This document shows positions 56,526-64,000 of a stretch of DNA of 64,000 nucleotides, in pieces. The translations under genes and the position numbers were made by a program. This DNA is from a virus, in the IMG/VR virus record IMGVR_UViG_3300044614_001341, positions 1 through 64,000 of that record, one strand, 5' to 3'. Below the pieces are notes generated by a model. The model had not been told where the DNA came from, made no database searches, and saw nothing but the letters and a program-made list of their open reading frames with translations. The stretch's first letter is position 1. Every line of letters begins with the position of its first letter.

Positions 56526-56972
56526 TAATGAATTTCTTCCACAAAAAGTTTCAGTTTGTGAATGACAATTTGGACAAAGCAATCTTAAATTTGAAACTTC
56601 ATTATTATAACATAATCCATCAATATGGTCAACTTGCATTCTTAAATATTTTCCATTCCAAACAGATGCAATTCCACACTCAAAACAATAATCTCCATTT
56701 TTTTCAACTAACAATCTATGTAAGATTGATCTTCTACATTTATTACCTCTAGATAAAACATATTCCTCCAAACTATTCCATTTATTTTGTCCACCAAATT
56801 TAGATAATTTTTTAGTATTATTTGGTTTGTATTCAGGTATCCATTTTTTATATCTAGAGCGTAATGTATCCGGTTTACAATTTAATTCTAAACATAATTC
56901 AGTTGGAGTTTTTTTGCCATTTAATAAGGATTTAATTATATAATCTTTTTTTAAATCTATATCTTTTCTCAT
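56511..56972 (-). CDS. HNH homing endonuclease
   Basis: CFECG..QVDHIDG..NNEVSNLRLLCPNCHSQT. Confidence 0.92.
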   Translation of the reverse strand: MRKDIDLKKDYIIKSLLNGKKTPTELCLELNCKPDTLRSRYKKWIPEYKPNNTKKLSKFGGQNKWNSLEEYVLSRGNKCRRSILHRLLVEKNGDYCFECGIASVWNGKYLRMQVDHIDGLCYNNEVSNLRLLCPNCHSQTETFCGRNSLAQMV

Positions 56973-56977
56973 AATTA

Positions 56978-57012
56978 GTAAACGTGCTAGTATTATTTAT
57001 ATTAGCGTCTAC
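56978..57012 (-). promoter_or_regulatory. Late promoter in a hairpin upstream of HEG
   Basis: GTAGACGCTA..TATAAATA..TAGCACGTTTAC. Confidence 0.7.
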
Positions 57013-57018
57013 CTATAA

Positions 57019-57090
57019 TGGAGTGTAAGGAAATCGAATCCTTATTGCTGGAATGCAAATCCAGAGTAATAACCGTTATACGAACACCCC
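57019..57090 (-). tRNA. tRNA-Ala(UGC), atypical body
   Basis: GGGGTGT/ACACTCC with G3:U70; TTTGCAT loop. Confidence 0.88.
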
Positions 57091-57105
57091 AATAAAACCA
57101 TTATA

Positions 57106-57513
57106 TCACCGAAGTGGCATAAGGTCAAATAGTTCTGGATGAAGTTGCCCATACTTACGCATCAATTCACCTGCTTTTGCATTTGCTTGATTTTCAGTTG
57201 GACTCCCAGCATGAGAACTCTTACGGTCTAAACCTTTCTCCATATGCTGCTTATAATGAACATATTCATGAGCAAGAGTTCTCAAAATATCCATAGGATG
57301 ACGATTGATAATACTTAAGTGAATAGCATTATCTCTCGATATTTCCCCAAACGCTGCAATTCTTTTTGCAAAGTCAGCATCATCTATGAGAATGACTGGA
57401 ATATCATAAGTAAGACGCAACTCTCTTTTTAAGAAGATAGTAAATCTTTTGAGAATTGCGTCAAACTGAATTTGAGTAACTGGTCTTCCTTTTCTTTTTC
57501 CAAGAAGAGACAT
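57106..57513 (-). CDS. HExxH zinc metallopeptidase-like protein
   Basis: LRTLAHEYVH..E..AN. Confidence 0.75.
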   Translation of the reverse strand: MSLLGKRKGRPVTQIQFDAILKRFTIFLKRELRLTYDIPVILIDDADFAKRIAAFGEISRDNAIHLSIINRHPMDILRTLAHEYVHYKQHMEKGLDRKSSHAGSPTENQANAKAGELMRKYGQLHPELFDLMPLR

Positions 57514-57530
57514 ATTTTTTAAAATATTTA

Positions 57531-57716
57531 TTAGGCACCAAGAACAGCACCAATACCATCATCGATATCTTGAATTACTGTACGAATACTAGAAATACGA
57601 GGAGGAACAATTACATCATCATAAGTATATCCTTTTTGCGCCTCAAACAGAACTTGACGGACTGCAGCGGCGGATCGAGCATCCATTTTAATTGTTACTT
57701 TTTTATCTTTAGTCAT
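57531..57716 (-). CDS. Hypothetical protein
   Basis: Coupled to mazG. Confidence 0.7.
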   Translation of the reverse strand: MTKDKKVTIKMDARSAAAVRQVLFEAQKGYTYDDVIVPPRISSIRTVIQDIDDGIGAVLGA

Positions 57717-58126
57717 CGGTCATCAGGTGCTCTATTTTCCGAAAAGTATGAATCAAACGCACCCTCAGGATAACGCTTGAGAAGTTTTTGAACATTACGA
57801 GCAACAACATCATCGAGTGTAGTATCCAGTGCCATACAAGCCTGGGCAACATACCACATAATATCACCCAGTTCAATAATCAGGTGCTCACGATTATCCT
57901 CATTATAAGGTTTACCTTGAAACACCATCTTCTTAACAATCTCCATAAACTCACCACCTTCTGCATTAATACCAACAGCAGAAGTCAGAAGACGCTCAAT
58001 ATTTGCACCTTTCTCATCCAGTTCAACCAGGCGATCAGAAAGGGCAAGAAAGTCTTTAGATGCGTCAGAAGTTACGGCATCTACAAACTCAGCGTACTTA
58101 TCAAAATTAACGTGTTTAGTTTCCAT
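57713..58126 (-). CDS. mazG: MazG nucleotide pyrophosphohydrolase
   Basis: EGGEFMEIVKK, ELGDIMWY, KLLKRYP. Confidence 0.93.
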   Translation of the reverse strand: METKHVNFDKYAEFVDAVTSDASKDFLALSDRLVELDEKGANIERLLTSAVGINAEGGEFMEIVKKMVFQGKPYNEDNREHLIIELGDIMWYVAQACMALDTTLDDVVARNVQKLLKRYPEGAFDSYFSENRAPDDR

Positions 58127-59505
58127 TAAAATTTAAATCCTTCAAATGACTTTTTGAGTTTCTTGTCTTCGTAATCATTATACTCGTCTTCGTTTCCAGA
58201 GTCAAGTATGTCTTTTTGTGCTGACTGTTCACAATCATACAGTCTCATTTTAGCACGATCAATACCCACAATAAAACGCTTAAAGATTGTTGGGTCATTA
58301 TAACGATTCTTCAATTGTTTCACCATAATCTGTCCCAATCCCTCCAACTCTTCAGTGCTAATAAGGGCAAACATAAGATCAGCAGTAGCAGGGAGACCAA
58401 AGGACTCACTAGTATCAGTAAGTTCAACATCAGAATTACCATAACCACTGCGGGTAGTCTGGGTAGCAGAGACAATGGGAACATTGAATTCCACTGCCAA
58501 ACCGCGAAGTTCCTCTGCAATTGACTTAATGTATGAATAAGAATTGATAGAACTGTTTGCCTTATGCCTAGAGGAAGCACAAATATTAAGGTAGTCAATG
58601 AAAATAATATCAGGTCGAAATGATTTCTTAAGAGCAAGTTCATTGAGAAGTGCCTTGAAATGTCCTGAGTGTGCAGAAGCGGTAGGATATTCTTTGATTA
58701 CCAAAGAACCTTGTGTCTTCTTTGCAATATTATTTACTTTATTTTCAAATGCCGAACGTGGGAGATCAACCAGTTGCTGAATCGGGACATTGAGAAGGTT
58801 TGCATCAATTCTTTCTGCAATTCGTTCTTCCGCCATCTCAAGAGTGATGTAGAGTACGTTCCTACCCTGTAGCAACGCGGCACTAGCAACGTGACACATG
58901 AACAACGATTTCCCAACACCCGTTCCAGCGAGAGCAATATTGAGAGTCTTGTTAGGTAAACCACCTTTCGTGATTTTGTTGAAATATTCCAAGTCAAACT
59001 CGATTTTATCTTCTTTACGGTGGTAAAATTCATAACGCTCTCCATAATTTTGAAGATAATCGTGTCCAATATTATTATCAAAAGATACTGCTAGAGCATC
59101 TGAAAGAATACTTGGAATAGCATCACGATTTTTCTTCCCATCATTACCATCGGCAATATGAATAGACTCCATAAGTGCTAGGTAAATGGCACGATCACGA
59201 CACCACTTTTCTGTGGTGTCAAGAATCCATTGCTTATCTACTATAGCATCGTTCAAAGATGCATTGATTTCTCGAATCTCCTTGACTTCAGTTTCATTGA
59301 GATCTGTGCGATTTTCTACCTCAATGTTGAGTGCTTCAATGGTGATTGCTGAACCATACTTAACAATGAATTGAACAATCTCCTCAAAAATGACCTTCTC
59401 CGCCTTTTGCTCAAAATAATCTGGTTGTATGAAAGGTATAACTTTTCGTGAGTAATCTTCATTAAATACAAGGTTCCTTAAAATAGTAGTTTCAATTCTT
59501 TCCAT
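58126..59505 (-). CDS. Replicative DNA helicase (T4 gp41)
   Basis: AGTGVGKS, IDYLNI, SESFGLP, KQLKNRY. Confidence 0.96.
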   Translation of the reverse strand: MERIETTILRNLVFNEDYSRKVIPFIQPDYFEQKAEKVIFEEIVQFIVKYGSAITIEALNIEVENRTDLNETEVKEIREINASLNDAIVDKQWILDTTEKWCRDRAIYLALMESIHIADGNDGKKNRDAIPSILSDALAVSFDNNIGHDYLQNYGERYEFYHRKEDKIEFDLEYFNKITKGGLPNKTLNIALAGTGVGKSLFMCHVASAALLQGRNVLYITLEMAEERIAERIDANLLNVPIQQLVDLPRSAFENKVNNIAKKTQGSLVIKEYPTASAHSGHFKALLNELALKKSFRPDIIFIDYLNICASSRHKANSSINSYSYIKSIAEELRGLAVEFNVPIVSATQTTRSGYGNSDVELTDTSESFGLPATADLMFALISTEELEGLGQIMVKQLKNRYNDPTIFKRFIVGIDRAKMRLYDCEQSAQKDILDSGNEDEYNDYEDKKLKKSFEGFKF

Positions 59506-60062
59506 TATTTGTAATGCAAATAGGCACTCATAATATACTTTGGACCACTGATAGAAGGTTCTCCCTTATGAGGAAACATCCAGAGTGGGGGAAACATAAT
59601 TAAGGTTCCCTGCTTTGGTTGAATTTGAACATCCTTAAAGACAGTTTGACCACCACTTTCAACATCATTCAAATACCACATAAACGATAAAAATCTGCGG
59701 GCGGTCCCATAGTCTATCACATCTACGTGAGTATCAAACTGATCAATACCATTTGGTTCGTATTTTTTAATACGAAATTGTTCTAGAGCGTGTTCTTCAG
59801 GAAATACACGCTTATCTACAAACTCGTAATACTTATCACGATACTCAAAAATCTTTTTAATGATGTGATTATGAACTTGATTAACTTCTGGTGTTAATTC
59901 ACGATTTTCTGTGAAATTAAATTGATTAAAATTAGGTTTCCCCTCATTATCATGACGCTCTTGTTTGTCAGGAACCTGATCAAATAAACTAATTAGAAAG
60001 TTGCATATATCAGGTTCAAGAGCATTTTCGTAAATATGAATAAAATCTCGAAGTTCATCCAT
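59505..60062 (-). CDS. 2OG-Fe(II) oxygenase
   Basis: FDTHVD, YLND..GG.T.F, FPHKG, KY. Confidence 0.9.
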   Translation of the reverse strand: MDELRDFIHIYENALEPDICNFLISLFDQVPDKQERHDNEGKPNFNQFNFTENRELTPEVNQVHNHIIKKIFEYRDKYYEFVDKRVFPEEHALEQFRIKKYEPNGIDQFDTHVDVIDYGTARRFLSFMWYLNDVESGGQTVFKDVQIQPKQGTLIMFPPLWMFPHKGEPSISGPKYIMSAYLHYK

Positions 60063-61059
60063 AAGAGAATTCACCTTTAGCAATCACATCCAGTTTTTCC
60101 ATTACTTCTTCAGTAAAGTACTCTTTTGGATTTGCTAGAATTTGTTTGGCATAAATTTTCTTACCATCCATTTCATAACGTCCCGCAACATTCTTCCAGA
60201 GTCCGCCGAGTTCCCCGAGTTCCAAAAGACCATAATAGCGATCAAGACCGCGCTCATCATAAAATAGACGGACTTCAACTTGCTGGTTCTCCTTACTTAA
60301 ACGCGACTTAGCAGTCTTTGCCTTGATAATATTTCCAACGATTTCTGTTCCATCCTTTTCCTTTTTCTTTGAAAGGTAAATGATACTAGAAGCAGCATAC
60401 TTAAGACCACTACCACCACCCATCTCCTTAGTAGGAACATAAGCACCAATAACATCATAAGTGTGATTGGTTACAATCATAGGGATTTTTGCTTGACCAA
60501 GTTTCAAAGTAAGCATACGGAATGCACCTTTAATCAGTTGGGATTTGGTCATGTCACGAACTTCTTTATCATTCAAAGCATCATTAATCTCTTTACTTGT
60601 AGAAAGCATTCCCAAAGAGTCTAGAACAAACATACAAGGATTTCGTTCTCCCTCAGGTTTTTTCATATACATATCTACTGCTTTGAGTGCCGTTCCACGA
60701 AACTCTTCAACAGTAACAACATTGACAACCACAAGACGAGAAGTATCAATTCCACGGGATTCTAAAAGAGATTTAGTGATAGCAGCCTCAGTGTCAAAGT
60801 AGAGACAGTAACCATCGGGATGAGTATCAAGAAAGTTCTTAACCACGGCGAGAGAGAAAAAAGTCTTTCCAGTAGAAGACTCTCCAGCAATAGCAGTAAT
60901 CTTATTCCCAGATACACCACCAAATACACTACCTGAAACCAGTGCATTAAAAATGTATGAACCTGTATCAACATAAGTCTCTGTCTCATCAATGTCGGAA
61001 GCAAGTTGCGTATACTCACCACCAATTTCTTTTACAATATCTTTAAGAAAATCCATCAT
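60055..61059 (-). CDS. uvsX: RecA-like recombinase
   Basis: AGESSTGKT, DSLGML, MGGGSGLKY. Confidence 0.95.
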   Translation of the reverse strand: MMDFLKDIVKEIGGEYTQLASDIDETETYVDTGSYIFNALVSGSVFGGVSGNKITAIAGESSTGKTFFSLAVVKNFLDTHPDGYCLYFDTEAAITKSLLESRGIDTSRLVVVNVVTVEEFRGTALKAVDMYMKKPEGERNPCMFVLDSLGMLSTSKEINDALNDKEVRDMTKSQLIKGAFRMLTLKLGQAKIPMIVTNHTYDVIGAYVPTKEMGGGSGLKYAASSIIYLSKKKEKDGTEIVGNIIKAKTAKSRLSKENQQVEVRLFYDERGLDRYYGLLELGELGGLWKNVAGRYEMDGKKIYAKQILANPKEYFTEEVMEKLDVIAKGEFSYG

Positions 61060-61196
61060 TCTTTCTCCATATTTTCATTTTTATCAATATAGTTCATTTT
61101 ATAAGTCCATAATTTTTGATAGAGTGCAGAATCTCCTCCCAATCTCATAGCACTAATAATCGTATTCAATTCTTTTTCGTTAATAGGCAAATCCAT
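61056..61196 (-). CDS. 46-aa hypothetical protein
   Basis: MDLPINEKELNTIISAMRLGGDSALYQKL...; coupled at both ends. Confidence 0.65.
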   Translation of the reverse strand: MDLPINEKELNTIISAMRLGGDSALYQKLWTYKMNYIDKNENMEKE

Positions 61197-63697
61197 CAGT
61201 TAAAAAATGACTCTAAGGTTGTTATATGTTCTGTTTTCCATCCAATTGCATCAAGAATGGACTTAAGTGGTTCAAGAAAACTTTTTTCAAATTGTAGTTC
61301 ATAGTCAATATATTTGTCAAGTCCAAGTTCCAAAGGAAAATCTTGAATGAAAGAGACAATATTTTCTTGAATAATATTTGGTTTTTTGAGGTAGATAAAT
61401 TTAATCTTTTCCCCATTACCAATAAGTGAATATTTATTGGTGAGTTTTTTCTCTTTAATATAATGATTAAAGAGAAGTGCTCCACGAATATGAATTGGTG
61501 TTCCCTTCATATAAATGTCAGAATGGGAATGATATTTACGAACATCTGAGGCAGTTCTTGGAAAAGCAATCTGCTCTGGTGGCAGTTTTTTGAAGTCAGA
61601 ACGACACTTATCAATAAACTTAATCACCTGTTCTTCAGTTCCACTCATCATTAGTTTCAGACCATCTTTAATCATCTGGCGACAAGGAGCAGGTGTGGAG
61701 GATTTAACTGCCTCAATACCCATCATCTTCAGTTTAGGTTCTTCATAACGAACACCCTCACTATCCCAAACATTGAGAATATACCGCTTTTTGGCAGTCC
61801 AGATTCCACGGTCAGCAATATTCTCCCGCTTCATCTGCATCTTTTGGTCATATGCATTCACATAATCCGCCAGTTCTTGGTAGCAACTTTCAATATATTT
61901 TTCAAGTTCCACCTTAGCGACCTTATCAAGGAACGAAACAACGCTTTCAGTAGTTTTTTCTCTTCCCTTGTATACAGTTTCAACCAAAGGACCCATATTG
62001 AGATAAATGGAATCAGTATCAGAAGCAATAACATAATCTACCTCTTTAGTTTTTAGAAGTTTATTGAGATAAGTATTCATTTTTTCTTCTATCCAACGAA
62101 TAGCAACTTGCCCAGAAAGAGTAATTGCCTCAGCATTCGCTAATTTAAAGTAACGAAAATACTGATTACCAATAGCACCATAGGCAGAGTTAAGTTGAAT
62201 CTTTCTTGCCATTTGGATATTGTTACATCTAGCAATCTCCTTCTCAAGTTCCTTTGTCTTTTTCTTTTCATACTCCTGTTTAGCAGCAAGCATCTTCTTT
62301 TTGTAAATGGTGCGATCTTCATAGATCTTTTCCATCAACTCTGGAAGAAATCCCCGAACATCTTTACGATACATTGCCCCATTAGCACATACCGCATAGT
62401 CCTTATACATTTCAAATGTGAGTTGTTTGTTAAGGATCTTATCGACACTAACAGATGGGTGCCTTTCTTCTACCAAAGTTTCTGGTGAAATATTATAACC
62501 CATAATCAGGTGAGGATACAGTGAGTTAAGGTCAAAGTTCACAACCCAATCATACACCCCAGGAATCGGTTCTTTTACATAAGCACCAGCATACTTAGAA
62601 TCTTTATCAGACCTCACGTTTGGAGGAATCACAATATTCTTCTTTTTCAGATAGTTGTAGATAATTGTATCCCACATACGAACCTGAGAGAAAACATCAG
62701 CATAGTTTGCCTTAGCATCATACGCCATCGTCAAAGCAAGTTCAATGAGTTTCATCTTGTCTTCCAAACGGTCAACAAGTTCTACGTCAATGATGTTGTA
62801 TTCTACAAACTTCTGCCAACCTTTGGTGTAGAAATCTTTGAACGTATCAAACTCACTGTGATCTAACTTTTTCTGACCAAGTTCTACATTTGCAATGTGG
62901 TCAAGACGATAAGATTCCTGTGCCTTATAAGTAAACTTCTTATAAAGATTCAGATAATCAAGTTGACTTACTCCACCAATATCATAGGAAATATGCTTAC
63001 GCCCAGAGATGAATGTTTCACTTTCAGTTACCAATCCCCATGGAGACATACGCTTCATGAGTTTTTCTCCCAGAACACGATCTATACGACGAACCAAGTA
63101 TGGGATATCATATAATTCACTATTCCAACCAGTAATGACTTCAGGTGTATTCTCCTCAATCATCCACCAATTAATAAAGTCGTTCAACAAATCATGCTCA
63201 TTTGTAAAAGAACGATATTTTACATTACTCTGTTGATTATTGAACTTACCAAGACCCCAAGTAAGAATCTGTTTTGTATTATAATCTTGAAGTGTAATGA
63301 GCAACACTTCTTCAGCGGCACTTTCCACATCAGGGAATCCATTCTCGGATGCAACCTCAATATCAATTGTTGTTACTTTGATTTTATTAATATCAAACTT
63401 AACTTCATCTTCAGGATAAGTTTCGGAAATATATTGATAGATGTATCGGTCATTTCCATGAATTGAAAATCCTTGAACATCAGTATATTTCTTAATAAAT
63501 TCTCTACATTCTCTTACTGTTCCAGGTTGAATTGGTTCAACACATTCACCATTCAGAGTTTTATATTCAGTATTCTTTTTTGAAGGAACAAAAAGAGTCG
63601 GGTAAAACTTCTCACGGGTCATGAAATGTTTACCATTTTCATAACCACGGACCAAGAAGTGGTCCCCGACCATCTGGACATTTGTATAAAATCGCAT
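61196..63697 (-). CDS. Family B DNA polymerase (T4 gp43)
   Basis: DIEV exo motif, FDLNSLYP, KIQLNSAYG, DTDS. Confidence 0.98.
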   Translation of the reverse strand: MRFYTNVQMVGDHFLVRGYENGKHFMTREKFYPTLFVPSKKNTEYKTLNGECVEPIQPGTVRECREFIKKYTDVQGFSIHGNDRYIYQYISETYPEDEVKFDINKIKVTTIDIEVASENGFPDVESAAEEVLLITLQDYNTKQILTWGLGKFNNQQSNVKYRSFTNEHDLLNDFINWWMIEENTPEVITGWNSELYDIPYLVRRIDRVLGEKLMKRMSPWGLVTESETFISGRKHISYDIGGVSQLDYLNLYKKFTYKAQESYRLDHIANVELGQKKLDHSEFDTFKDFYTKGWQKFVEYNIIDVELVDRLEDKMKLIELALTMAYDAKANYADVFSQVRMWDTIIYNYLKKKNIVIPPNVRSDKDSKYAGAYVKEPIPGVYDWVVNFDLNSLYPHLIMGYNISPETLVEERHPSVSVDKILNKQLTFEMYKDYAVCANGAMYRKDVRGFLPELMEKIYEDRTIYKKKMLAAKQEYEKKKTKELEKEIARCNNIQMARKIQLNSAYGAIGNQYFRYFKLANAEAITLSGQVAIRWIEEKMNTYLNKLLKTKEVDYVIASDTDSIYLNMGPLVETVYKGREKTTESVVSFLDKVAKVELEKYIESCYQELADYVNAYDQKMQMKRENIADRGIWTAKKRYILNVWDSEGVRYEEPKLKMMGIEAVKSSTPAPCRQMIKDGLKLMMSGTEEQVIKFIDKCRSDFKKLPPEQIAFPRTASDVRKYHSHSDIYMKGTPIHIRGALLFNHYIKEKKLTNKYSLIGNGEKIKFIYLKKPNIIQENIVSFIQDFPLELGLDKYIDYELQFEKSFLEPLKSILDAIGWKTEHITTLESFFN

Positions 63698-63951
63698 TAT
63701 GCAGTCAATTCAAGATACTTTTCAACAATTTCTGGTTTAGGATTTACAATAGTAAGAATACTATCGGAGTGAATCATCATTTCTGTTTGGTCAGATACAT
63801 CTGGCCAAGGAGTTAAATTTCCCTCAGCATCAATTTTATAGGGATTAATTAGTTTACAATCTGGTTCTCCAAGTTCAGAACCAACTTCAATAATCTCAGT
63901 GACAATTACATTGTCAACCTTCAGTAAAAGACACTTCACTGTTTTCGACAT
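63697..63951 (-). CDS. Hypothetical protein
   Basis: GEPDCKLINPY motif; coupled to polymerase. Confidence 0.75.
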   Translation of the reverse strand: MSKTVKCLLLKVDNVIVTEIIEVGSELGEPDCKLINPYKIDAEGNLTPWPDVSDQTEMMIHSDSILTIVNPKPEIVEKYLELTA

Positions 63952-64000
63952 TTACTTTTTCCTCATACATTTCTTTAATAGTTTGAATTGGTTCTACAAT
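63914..64000 (-). CDS. 3' end of a hypothetical gene (partial)
   Basis: IVEPIQTIKEMYEEKVNVENSEVSFTEG-stop. Confidence 0.5.
   Translation of the reverse strand: MVEPIQTIKEMYEEKVNVENSEVSFTEG

Noticed and set aside
45021-63697. Inteins or introns in nrdA, nrdB, helicase or polymerase
   Set aside because: Lengths are normal and no splicing motifs are seen

Overview
64 kb of a T4-like cyanomyophage genome (Kyanoviridae-type, probably a freshwater Synechococcus/Cyanobium phage), almost entirely on the minus strand. Left to right: tail-fibre/virion genes, including a >1100-aa repeat protein that runs off the left edge and is missing from the ORF track; an auxiliary-metabolism island (gnd, talC, psbD, psbA, peroxiredoxin, petF, two hli) interleaved with free-standing homing endonuclease genes (HEGs); an ~11-kb GDP-fucose/GDP-perosamine and glycosyltransferase cluster; a tRNA region (8 tRNAs, dps, Som-type porin, several structured non-coding RNAs); the only plus-strand operon (four envelope-targeted proteins) next to lysis enzymes; then core genes (nrdB, nrdA, primase, HIGH nucleotidyltransferase, 2 more tRNAs, mazG, helicase, uvsX, DNA polymerase). 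The most interesting signals are non-coding: a late-promoter small RNA complementary to the leader of the adjacent endonuclease; start-sequestering hairpins at four HEGs; recoded patches of psbD, psbA and nrdA next to HEGs; a manA-like RNA split by a membrane-protein ORF; pseudoknotted RNAs between tRNAs; and an HNH gene whose stop codon lies inside a tRNA. All family calls come from motif recognition by eye; no database search or folding program was run.
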